Origin: Candidatus Nanohalobium constans
GTDB lineage: Archaea > Nanohalarchaeota > Nanosalinia > Nanosalinales > Nanosalinaceae
NCBI RefSeq assembly: GCF_009617975.1
Contig: NZ_CP040089.1
Span: forward strand, 420,001-452,000
DNA length: 32,000 bases
Reading direction: 5' to 3'
The notes under the pieces were generated by a model. That model did no database searches, had not been told where the DNA came from, and saw only the letters and a program-made list of their open reading frames with translations. Each line of letters starts with the position of its first letter. The first letter of the stretch is position 1. Of the stretch, positions 1 through 8,000 are shown in pieces. Position numbers and translations under genes: made by a program.

Positions 1-67
1 AACAATAACCAACGACTGAAAAATATAAGGTTGACCCAAAACATAGCCCCCCTTTTATTCAAAGTAT

Positions 68-2335
68 TCACTCATTCTCAACTTCACTACTCAATCCCTG
101 CACACCGTAACTCTCAGTGTTAACCCTGATCTGATCCAAATCAGCATTACTTGGGTCAACAAAGTTTAAGGCACCGGTTCCACTAGGAGTCGACAAACGC
201 ATAAAGCTTCTATCAACATCCTGAAGATCGAACACAGGAACCTCAATACTGCCAGAAGGAGTATTCAGCTTGGTAGCTCCAAGAGGGGTAGAGATATTAG
301 GATGAATATTATCATGGAACCACCACTCATTGACACTCCCGTTCCGTGGCTGTTCAACAACCTCCCGAGTCTTCAATTCATATCGTGTAGCGTTTGGAAG
401 ACCAGTAATTGTAGCTTTTTCCGAATCAGAAGAGATAGTTTGATCGTCAGTCCAACTGGAAGCACCTGTCTGCCTGTAAAAAATCTCATATTGATCCTCA
501 AACGAAGCATTATCCGTCCAACCAAGCTCTAATTCCCCGCTACCTGTAGCTCGAGAAACCAAGTTAGTAGGAGCAGCAGGCTTAGTGTACTCATGGAGAA
601 TATCCGAGATAACCACTCTATCAAATCCATGGAAATCTGCTCCACCAAGACCACCACGACCACCTAGTCTAATTCTATTATCGGTAGAAAGGTAAGAATT
701 AGGGACTAAAGCGCTTACTTCAACCCATCCTTGCTTGTTGTACTCATGGCCATGTGCAACTATTTCTTGCCAGGAAGAGCCATCATACCAGTCTATAACA
801 GTCCACTCAGTTGAATTATCCATTGAACCTGTCGCCATCACACACTTAACGATAACATCCGATTCACCTGAAAGATCACCGAGATTCTTCTGAATCAAGT
901 TACCGTCATTATCGATATCCTGTGTCAAATCAACCCAGTAAGTACCTTGATCAGCACCACTTATACCAAGATCTCCATTTCCACTATCACTTCTTACATT
1001 CGCTCCAGTAGTAGAATCCCAATTACTCAGGTCTCCAGATTCAAAATCATCCTCAAAATAGACATTACCATTATTACCGTAGTCGAAGTGAACATTCTCA
1101 GACCCAGAGCTACCATTCCAGTATCGGATCTTAAACTGGTAACGAGCATCTTCATTCAAGGTTTCGCCCGACATATCTGCCTCTAATGTAGTATTTGTAT
1201 CTATTGTAAGAGTCTGTGTGTCACCTTTACTTGTTACATCCGTCCCCCAGAAACGCTGCCAGTTCCCGTATCCAGAACCAGTATCCTCGCGAAGAACTAA
1301 AGTAGTACTTATGCTACCTAAGCTCGCTTGATCAGTTTTATTAGTCCATTTAAATTCAAATGTATTAGCATCAGGTCTTGATACTGACGGCTTATGCGGT
1401 GGAATAGGTTCTGTGTAGACCGTCGAGGAGTATGTCCACGAAGAGTTTCCCGCACTGTTTTGAGCGCGGATACGGAACTTGAAAGAAGAGTCGATGCCGA
1501 CCACTCTATCGTAGGGTTCATCACTACTGGGAGTGTAAGCTTGCGAGTAAGATGTGGAGCCATCGTCGTTGATTAGATTAGGAGCGCCTCTCGGATTTGT
1601 ATACCCCATTCCATCACGATTAATGTCAACATTGTAATCGCCACGCTCGCCACCCCAATCATCTGGTTCATCCCAATGCACTGTGATCTGGTCATTGGCA
1701 TCGACAGTTACAGAAACATTCTGCGGTTGGGAAGGAGCACTTACACGAGGTTCATATTGGATGTAGTCTGTCCAATGATCATATGCAGCGCCACAACAAG
1801 TATTTTGATCCATTGTCTGATCGGCGATATCTTCTGGCTGATTAACATTCACTATTTCAATGCTGGTGACAGGGTTGTTTGTGTCTAAGTTGGCTGTGTA
1901 ATTCTTGACTGTTCCGGTTGACAGGTTTTCCCACCTGATATCATATGTTCCAGCACTGTAGTCGAAAGTCAAAGTTACCTCATGCCAATCATTATAATTA
2001 GAGCTTGAGTAGGCATCTACTCCTGATGAACCGTCCGTATATGTCCAGCCAGGATTAGTAGTTCCAAAACCACAAACACGGTTTCCGGAACTATCAAACA
2101 ACTGGTAAGCTGCCCCATGGCTATTACTTGTCTCCTTATAATATATTCGGAACTTGCTTATTTCTTCGCCAAAACCCCGTTCAGCCATCAAATAATTATC
2201 ATAATTAGTTCCATGGTCTCCATGCGCACTGTAAGAACCGGAATAAGAAGTAGAGTCTGTATTCAAGCCACTAACATTATTCCACTCAGCAAGATCATTA
2301 TCCTCAAAATCATCCAAAACATTACTCAGTGCCAT
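68..2335 (-). CDS. Large extracellular-type protein with two concanavalin/LamG-like modules and at least three fibronectin type III-like modules; no signal peptide of its own
   Basis: 2268-nt ORF. Two similar module starts (MALSNVLDDFEDNDLAEWNN and YFEDDFESGDLSNWDS) look like LamG/ConA-type lectin folds. FN3-like starts: PSQPQNVSVTVDANDQITVHWDEP, PHKPSVSRPDANTFEFKWTNK, PAAPTNLVSRATGSGELELGWTDNASFEDQYEIFYR. N/S/T/D-rich. The N-terminus has no hydrophobic or RR signal. Confidence 0.8.
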   Translation of the reverse strand: MALSNVLDDFEDNDLAEWNNVSGLNTDSTSYSGSYSAHGDHGTNYDNYLMAERGFGEEISKFRIYYKETSNSHGAAYQLFDSSGNRVCGFGTTNPGWTYTDGSSGVDAYSSSNYNDWHEVTLTFDYSAGTYDIRWENLSTGTVKNYTANLDTNNPVTSIEIVNVNQPEDIADQTMDQNTCCGAAYDHWTDYIQYEPRVSAPSQPQNVSVTVDANDQITVHWDEPDDWGGERGDYNVDINRDGMGYTNPRGAPNLINDDGSTSYSQAYTPSSDEPYDRVVGIDSSFKFRIRAQNSAGNSSWTYSSTVYTEPIPPHKPSVSRPDANTFEFKWTNKTDQASLGSISTTLVLREDTGSGYGNWQRFWGTDVTSKGDTQTLTIDTNTTLEADMSGETLNEDARYQFKIRYWNGSSGSENVHFDYGNNGNVYFEDDFESGDLSNWDSTTGANVRSDSGNGDLGISGADQGTYWVDLTQDIDNDGNLIQKNLGDLSGESDVIVKCVMATGSMDNSTEWTVIDWYDGSSWQEIVAHGHEYNKQGWVEVSALVPNSYLSTDNRIRLGGRGGLGGADFHGFDRVVISDILHEYTKPAAPTNLVSRATGSGELELGWTDNASFEDQYEIFYRQTGASSWTDDQTISSDSEKATITGLPNATRYELKTREVVEQPRNGSVNEWWFHDNIHPNISTPLGATKLNTPSGSIEVPVFDLQDVDRSFMRLSTPSGTGALNFVDPSNADLDQIRVNTESYGVQGLSSEVENE

Positions 2336-2349
2336 CTAAACACACTAAA

Positions 2350-2577
2350 TCAACTTAAATCTTTCCTAAACCAGATTTTGTGATTTTCAGGGTTTTGAGG
2401 ATCAGTTCGTCTCACATCAATTTCAGATAGGTCTAAATTAGTTTTTCTCTTGTTGAAGGTTTGTAGTAGTTGTTCTATCATGCCTGGGAGAGAAGATAGA
2501 GAGAGTGCTGCGGCGCCTGTACCTAAGCCGAGTACTTTCAGGAATTCTCTGCGTGAAGTCTTTTCTTCTCCCATCAT
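2350..2577 (-). CDS. Mini-protein consisting almost entirely of a twin-arginine (Tat) signal peptide plus a ~45-aa basic tail
   Basis: Near-consensus Tat motif TSRREFLKVLGLGTGAAALSLSS. A GAGGT Shine-Dalgarno-like element lies just upstream of the two tandem ATGs, and the gene starts 10 nt after the stop of the upstream gene. It cannot be joined to the downstream 755-aa ORF by one frameshift, because stops occur in both other frames between them. Confidence 0.65.
   Translation of the reverse strand: MMGEEKTSRREFLKVLGLGTGAAALSLSSLPGMIEQLLQTFNKRKTNLDLSEIDVRRTDPQNPENHKIWFRKDLS
2536..2556 (-). other. Twin-arginine motif S-R-R-E-F-L-K of the 75-aa ORF
   Basis: Direct translation of residues 8-14. 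It matches the S/T-R-R-x-F-L-K Tat consensus. Confidence 0.7.
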
Positions 2578-2587
2578 TGTACCTCTT

Positions 2588-4204
2588 TTAGTCTAAGTTT
2601 GTGCAGTATACGATTTGTCCTGTTGTGGAAGGACCGTTACTGCTGCAGTCTCTTTTGTCTAAGACTGCATTTTTGATTTCGTTTTTGTTTAAATCTAGGT
2701 TTCCGTTCGGTATTTCTATGCTGCCGCCGTTATTAAGATACATTAAATGCTCGTTTGTTCCAACTTTGTCATGGATTACTAACCTGTTATTACTACCAGT
2801 TTGATCTTCTATTCTCCAGTTTGTGCCTCCTAAATCTATGTAAGCTCCGGAGTTTAATCTCATGTTTCCACCAACATCTAACGCTGTTCCACTGACGCCC
2901 GGACTAGCTATGTCAAGATTTCCGTTGGGGACTTCGACACCCCCACTATCTGGAATGATAATTTCATCGTTTCCTGTGTTGAAATTAAAGATGGAGAGAC
3001 CATTCTTGTTGTTTGAGTAACCTAAGTTGTAGAGATCGTTACTATTTCTCTGGAAACGAATATTGACATTATTGCTTGATTCTGTGCTTTCCAGGGTTAG
3101 AGGAGTACTACTAGATTGGGTTATATCCAAATCGCCGTTCGGTATTTCTATGTTTCCTCCTGGTTTTGCTGTTAATGTGTTGGTTTCTCCGGGTTGGAGT
3201 TTGATGTTTCTTGATCCGCTGTTTGTTCCTATGTTGTATCCGTTGTCGGTGATGTTGTGGGTTGCCCAGTATGTTGATGTTGATTCTTCTGTTACCAGGA
3301 ACTTTGCGTTGGCGGCTGATGCATCGATTATATCGCCGTTTCCAGGGTTGTTTACTGTTAGTTTTCCGTTTGGTATTTCCATGTTTCCGTTTTGCCGCAT
3401 TATGAGGTTTACGTTTGTATCGTCGTAGAATCTGAAGCTTCCGTCTGTTGAGTATTCTCTTCCTATCCAGGAGTTGCCGTCTCCGTCGTTATCCATGTAT
3501 TCGATTCTGCTGGGGTTGACAAGCTGGTTTCCGTTCAGGTCTAGGTTGCCGTTTGGTATTTCTACATTTCCACCTTCTTTGAGTCTTAAAATGTCTTGGT
3601 TGTTGTTTGTGTCTATGATTTGGATGTTTTGTCCGCCTGTCATTATCTGATCTGGTGCTATTATGTTGTTTGTGCCTAGTAGGTCTATTGATCCGTTGAT
3701 GCTGTCGCCGTTTGCTCTTACGAAGTTGTTTTGTGTCCAGTTGAGGTTTGCTGCGTCTCGTGAGTTTTCCGGGTTTTTGAGGTTGGTTATTTTGTTTGTT
3801 CCCATGTTGATTGTTGTGTTGGCTTTGTTGCCTTCGTTGAGTATTTGTGAAAGGTTTTGGCTTCCTGATATTCCGTTTAACTGGTTGTCTACATAGTTTT
3901 TGGGTGCTGCGTCTGAATTGGATTGTGGTGTTGGTAGTCCTGTTATGTTGTTGCTTTTAGCGTTTAGTCTGCCGTTTAAGGTGTCTCCTTCTTTGTTGAG
4001 GTATGTGCTGTCTGCGTATCCTTTGGTCATTGGTGCTGATGTTGATCCTGGGTTGGGTAGTCCTTCGATTGTGGTTCCGTCGTTTAGTTGTATGTCTGTG
4101 TAGAATTGGACTGGGTCTGGGTCTCGGAATTCTAGGTCTGCGGCTGCTGGAACTGCTAGAAGACCGGTGATCAGGGTTAATACGAGTATTTTGTTGTTTA
4201 GCAT
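2588..4204 (-). CDS. Secreted tail-fibre-like repeat protein (Sec signal, N-terminal fibre-type motifs, five G-G-N-x-E-I-P-N-G-N-L-D repeats)
   Basis: Sec-type signal MLNNKILVLTLITGLLAVPAAA. N-terminal motifs TKGYADSTYLNKEGDTLNGRLNA, DAAPKNYVDNQL and NFVRANGDSINGSIDL resemble phage tail-fibre repeats. Five copies of GGN[VIM]E[IV]PNG[NKD]L[DT] are spaced 61-77 aa apart. The C-terminus has a Cys pair (CSSNGPSTTGQIVYC). The start overlaps the stop of the upstream pilin-like gene by 7 nt. Confidence 0.85.
   Translation of the reverse strand: MLNNKILVLTLITGLLAVPAAADLEFRDPDPVQFYTDIQLNDGTTIEGLPNPGSTSAPMTKGYADSTYLNKEGDTLNGRLNAKSNNITGLPTPQSNSDAAPKNYVDNQLNGISGSQNLSQILNEGNKANTTINMGTNKITNLKNPENSRDAANLNWTQNNFVRANGDSINGSIDLLGTNNIIAPDQIMTGGQNIQIIDTNNNQDILRLKEGGNVEIPNGNLDLNGNQLVNPSRIEYMDNDGDGNSWIGREYSTDGSFRFYDDTNVNLIMRQNGNMEIPNGKLTVNNPGNGDIIDASAANAKFLVTEESTSTYWATHNITDNGYNIGTNSGSRNIKLQPGETNTLTAKPGGNIEIPNGDLDITQSSSTPLTLESTESSNNVNIRFQRNSNDLYNLGYSNNKNGLSIFNFNTGNDEIIIPDSGGVEVPNGNLDIASPGVSGTALDVGGNMRLNSGAYIDLGGTNWRIEDQTGSNNRLVIHDKVGTNEHLMYLNNGGSIEIPNGNLDLNKNEIKNAVLDKRDCSSNGPSTTGQIVYCTNLD
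2690..3574 (-). repeat. Five dispersed copies of a ~36-nt coding repeat at 3536-3574, 3356-3391, 3122-3160, 2912-2947 and 2690-2728
   Basis: On the plus strand the copies read ccgtt[ct]ggtatttc[tc]a[tc]. The copy at 2912-2947 is more diverged (ccgttggggacttcgaca). The repeat also produces the recurring FPFGISM strings in spurious antisense ORFs of the track. Confidence 0.85.
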
Positions 4205-4977
4205 GTTTGTCCCATGCAGAGGTTGTTGTCTGGTTTTATTTCTGTAAGGTTGAGGGTTCCATCAACGGTATTGTTTTCTTCACTTACATATCCTTCGAGG
4301 CTTCCCTCTTCGACGCCGCAGTTTCCACCTATGCAACCCCATTCTACCGAGTTGGTTTCGAGGGCTCCAGTCATCTCATCTCCGCTACGGTTGACATATT
4401 CTCTTACACGGTTGTCGTCTGTTGGACCGGAGTCCCCGCAGTTTCCGCCTAGACAGATATCTGAGTTCGTAGCTCGGAATGTAGAATTTGATTCAAGGGA
4501 ACTGATTTCGCCCCCGCCGATTAACAGGTAAGGTATCTGGATGCTGTCCAGTTGTACTGGCAGCCTGATATCCGTTGTTTGCTTGATGTTAGGTACTTCT
4601 GCACGGTCGTAGACTACTGTAAATGTGAAATCGTTGCATTCTTCTGTTTTAGTTGCTCCACCTAAGTTGAATGGTTCGCTGCTTCTATAAAGTGCTTTAC
4701 TTTGATTATTGTACAGTGTTTCGTTTCCTTCTATGATTATCTGGTCGATTACTACTTCTTCTGCTACCATGCTTTGAAGGGATAATGCTAGTTCTTGGCT
4801 TGTGGTTATACCCATCTCAGAGATTTTTACATCTCTTGTGCCAAGTGATTGGGGTTCAAGGTTACATGGGTCTGGTATCTGGGTGTATACCGTGCCGCTT
4901 ATCAATGCTACTGCTACAACCATCCAACCGTAGTTTGCCAGGTATTCGATTGAGGACTGTCCTTTCCAAACTGCCAC
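4198..4977 (-). CDS. Archaeal type IV pilin-like protein (class III signal peptide, DUF361-type) with a Cys-rich, tail-fibre-motif C-terminal domain
   Basis: GTG start. N-terminus MAVWKG/QSSIEYLANYGWMVVAVALISGTVY has a K-G then Q-x-S-x-E prepilin-peptidase-type site followed by a hydrophobic helix. The C-terminal part has three C-x-G-x-x-C units (CLGGNCG, CIGGNCG, CMGQTC) and the motifs EYVNRSGDEMTGALE and GYVSEENNTVDGTLNL. Confidence 0.8.
   Translation of the reverse strand: MAVWKGQSSIEYLANYGWMVVAVALISGTVYTQIPDPCNLEPQSLGTRDVKISEMGITTSQELALSLQSMVAEEVVIDQIIIEGNETLYNNQSKALYRSSEPFNLGGATKTEECNDFTFTVVYDRAEVPNIKQTTDIRLPVQLDSIQIPYLLIGGGEISSLESNSTFRATNSDICLGGNCGDSGPTDDNRVREYVNRSGDEMTGALETNSVEWGCIGGNCGVEEGSLEGYVSEENNTVDGTLNLTEIKPDNNLCMGQTC
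4888..4977 (-). other. Class III (prepilin-like) signal peptide and hydrophobic pilin helix
   Basis: Residues 1-30 of the 259-aa ORF: short charged leader, K-G|Q-S-S-I-E, then about 20 hydrophobic residues. Confidence 0.7.
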
Positions 4978-5000
4978 AAGGTTTATTCGGTGTTATTTGG

Positions 5001-5008
5001 ATTAAAAC
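5001..5008 (-). promoter_or_regulatory. TATA-like box (GTTTTAAT on the minus strand) about 27 nt upstream of the pilin-like GTG start; putative internal promoter with a leaderless transcript
   Basis: AT-rich octamer in the 71-nt gap between the 1203-aa gene and the pilin-like gene. Its spacing matches the other putative promoters in the window. Confidence 0.4.
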
Positions 5009-5048
5009 CCATCGGTCAATAGAAAGGAAAAGAAGAATAATATAGTAG

Positions 5049-8000
5049 CTAGAACAGGTTGCTGATGCTGTCAATGATGTCTTGGAAAAGGCTGCCTAAA
5101 CTATTCGATGATGTGAATTGACCTGTTATTGTTTCGCTTGGTCCTAGTTGGATGGTTCTGCTGCCGGTGAATTCTTCTCCATCATCTGTGACTGTTGCGG
5201 TGACTGTGTATTCTCCTTCTGGCAGGATGCTGGTCCTGTAGTTTCTTACCAGTACATCGTAGATCCTCTCTGTCTCTGTGTTGCGGTAGACCTCATCGCC
5301 TTCACTGTCGATCACGCTGGTTGTTATGCTGACCTGGTTGGATGTGTCTGGTTTTTCTTCGTCCCAGAGCTTGACATCGTAGCTTATCCTCTCATCTGCG
5401 GTTGATTTGTGGAGTATTGCGACGCTGTAGTCACTTGCTCCTGTATCCTCGATATTTAGGTTCAGTGGTATGTTCAGTGTCTGGTTGTTCCACTGAAGTG
5501 TCAGGTTGCCTGTATAATTTCCAGGTACTGAGCCGTTAATCTGGAGAGGCAGGTTGTTCTCTCCTTTCTTAGCTGTGAAGTTAGCCGGTACTGACACGAT
5601 TTCGGATACATTTCCGGTTACACTTGTGGTGATGTTTGTGTCTTCCGAGACATTGAATGTCAGGTTGTAACTGTCATCTATCCCTGGTTCTATATCCAGG
5701 TCTACTTCGTTGTCTCCTGTCTGGATTCTTTCTTCAATGCTTTCTTCCTCTTCTTCATCTGTTGTGGTGAAGCTGCCTCCGAAGCCGCCTCCACCACCTC
5801 CACCGCCTCCTCCGCTGGATGAGCCGCCTGAGTCTTCATCGTCGCCGCCTCCGTCGTTGTCTGAGTTGGAGGATACTGTGATGTTGTAGCTTTGGATTGC
5901 TGTGTCTGTTCCATCTGATACTTGGATTTCGACTTTGTATTCTCCGGTGTTGCTTGGGGTCCAGGTTATCTTACCGGTGTTGTTGTTTATGCTCATGCTT
6001 TGCGGTGCAGTGTTGAGTGAGTATTCTAGTGTGTCTCCGTCTGGGTCTGTGGCTTGGGCATCGTAGGTGTATTGTTGGTTGACGGTTGCTGTTGTTTTGA
6101 AGCTGGTTGATGTGAAGCTTGGAGCGTTGTTTCCTGTTACTTCTATCCGCACTGATTCAGTTGCTGTTGATCCGTTGTCGTCTGTCAATGTCAGGGTTGC
6201 TGTGTAGTTTCCTGGTTGTGTGTATGTGTAGTTGGTTTCTATGCCGTTTGCTTTGCCTCCTTCTCCGAAGCTCCAGTTGTACTGTGTTATGCTTCCATCA
6301 GGGTCTGCACTGTTTGAAGCGTTGAAATTTACTGTTAGTGGTGCTTTTCCTTTTGTTTTATTGACTGTTATCTCTGGATGAGGGATTTGGTTTTTCGGTG
6401 CTTTGTTTACTGTCAAGCTGTAGCTTTGTGTGGTGCTGTTTGTTCCATCTGATACATTTAGTGTGACTTGGTGTGGTGAGTTATCGGCGTTGTTGTTTGT
6501 TGGTGTCCAGGTTACCTCTCCGTTTTGATTGATTGTCATGTTGGCAGGTCCTTGTTCTTTCGTGTATGTGAATGATGCTGCTCCGTTGTCGGGGTCGCTT
6601 ACGGATAGCTGGTAGTAGTACTGTGTGTATGCGTCTACAGTGGTTTGTGGGTTTGATGTGATTGTTGGCGGGTCGTTTACGGGGTTGACTGTGATTTCAA
6701 AGTTGTTGCTGGTTGTTGCGCCGTAAGGGTCTGTTGCTTGGACTGTTACTGTGCATGTTCCGTGGAAGTTGGTGTTTGGTGCGATGTCTATCTCGTTTTC
6801 ATCGATGCTGACGCCGCATTTGTCTGAGGAGACATCTATTGATACATCTAGGTTGTTGTATGTTGATTCTGCGTCGGATACGAAGTTCACTAAGTTCACA
6901 TAATCGTATTCTGTGGTGTCTTCGTCAAGTGTTACATCTGGTATTTCGGAGACTGTTGGAGCTGTATTTTTCTCAGTTACTGTGACTGTCATCGAGTCTG
7001 AGTCTGTTGCTCCTGCAGTATCGGTGGCTGTGAAGGTGATCGATTCTGTGCCTGTCCATCCACTGGTTGAAGTTATGTTTACGTCGTGTGTATCCGGATC
7101 AATGTTGACATCTAGGTTTTGGTTGTCTTCTGCTCCATTAGATGTCCAGCTAATCTCCGATGCCAGGTCTTGCTGGTCTGATACGTAATTGTCTAGGTTG
7201 ATATCGTTGTTGGTGTCTCCTTCGACTATTTTCTTGTTAGGGATATCAAGTACTTTTGGAGCAGTGTTGTTGTTCTGGATTACTACTGATTTTTGTAAAG
7301 GATCTGAGGTGGTTGATTCTATGGTTAATGAGCCGCTGCTCGTTGTATATCCAGTCTTGGAGACATTGAATGTGTAGCTGCCTTTAGTCAGTTTGGTGAT
7401 CTCTGTGTTTCCGTTGGAGTCTGTTTGATTTGTTCTATCGTTTATTTTGACTTCTGCATTGTTTACTGGGTCTCCGTTTGTGTCTACTACGTTGAATTCT
7501 ACTTTCCATTTTGGTTCTTCGGCTACATCTATTTCTAGGTTGGCAGTATCTGGAGAGGTAGGAGGGTTTTCGCCTTCTGTTTGGACTGATTCGCCGGCAA
7601 CTTCTACAGTGTATGTTCCTGCGCTCTTTGGAGTCCAGCTGAATGAGAATGATTCTGCATCCTGTTCGTTTTGGTTAGCAGGTAGTTGTTCGGTGCTGAA
7701 GTTTACTTCTTGACCGTCACTGTCTCTTACAGTGTAGTTTACATCAGTCTTCACTGCAGTTTTGTCGTAATCGTTGTCGGCGTAGTTGCTTATCTTGCTG
7801 TAAGTGAATGTCTGTTGCTGTGTTGCTTTTGGATGGTTGTCCTGTATGTCTAGGTCGTTGATTAAGGTGTAGTACTCGTTCTGCGGTCTTTCCTCGTGTA
7901 CTGTGATGGGTTCCTTGTCTGTGGAAAGTATGTTGGTGCTGCTGCACTGTGGGTCAATTACTTCGGTTGACGCTTGGACAGTGTAGTTCTCTGACTTGCT

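Noticed and set aside
2601-4103. Several plus-strand ORFs antisense to the 538-aa gene with recurring FPFGISM peptides (2601-2804, 3063-3428, 3663-3896, 3900-4103)
   Set aside because: - The recurring peptide is just the reverse-complement reading of the E-I-P-N-G-N repeat.
- The ORFs are hydrophobic and Cys/Phe-rich, short, and nested within a strongly supported minus-strand gene.
5775-5828. Poly-Gly coding tract as a slipped-strand phase-variation switch
   Set aside because: - The tract uses mixed GGN codons, so it is not a homopolymer or a perfect short tandem repeat.
- Its length is a multiple of three within an open frame.
- It is better explained as a flexible hinge.
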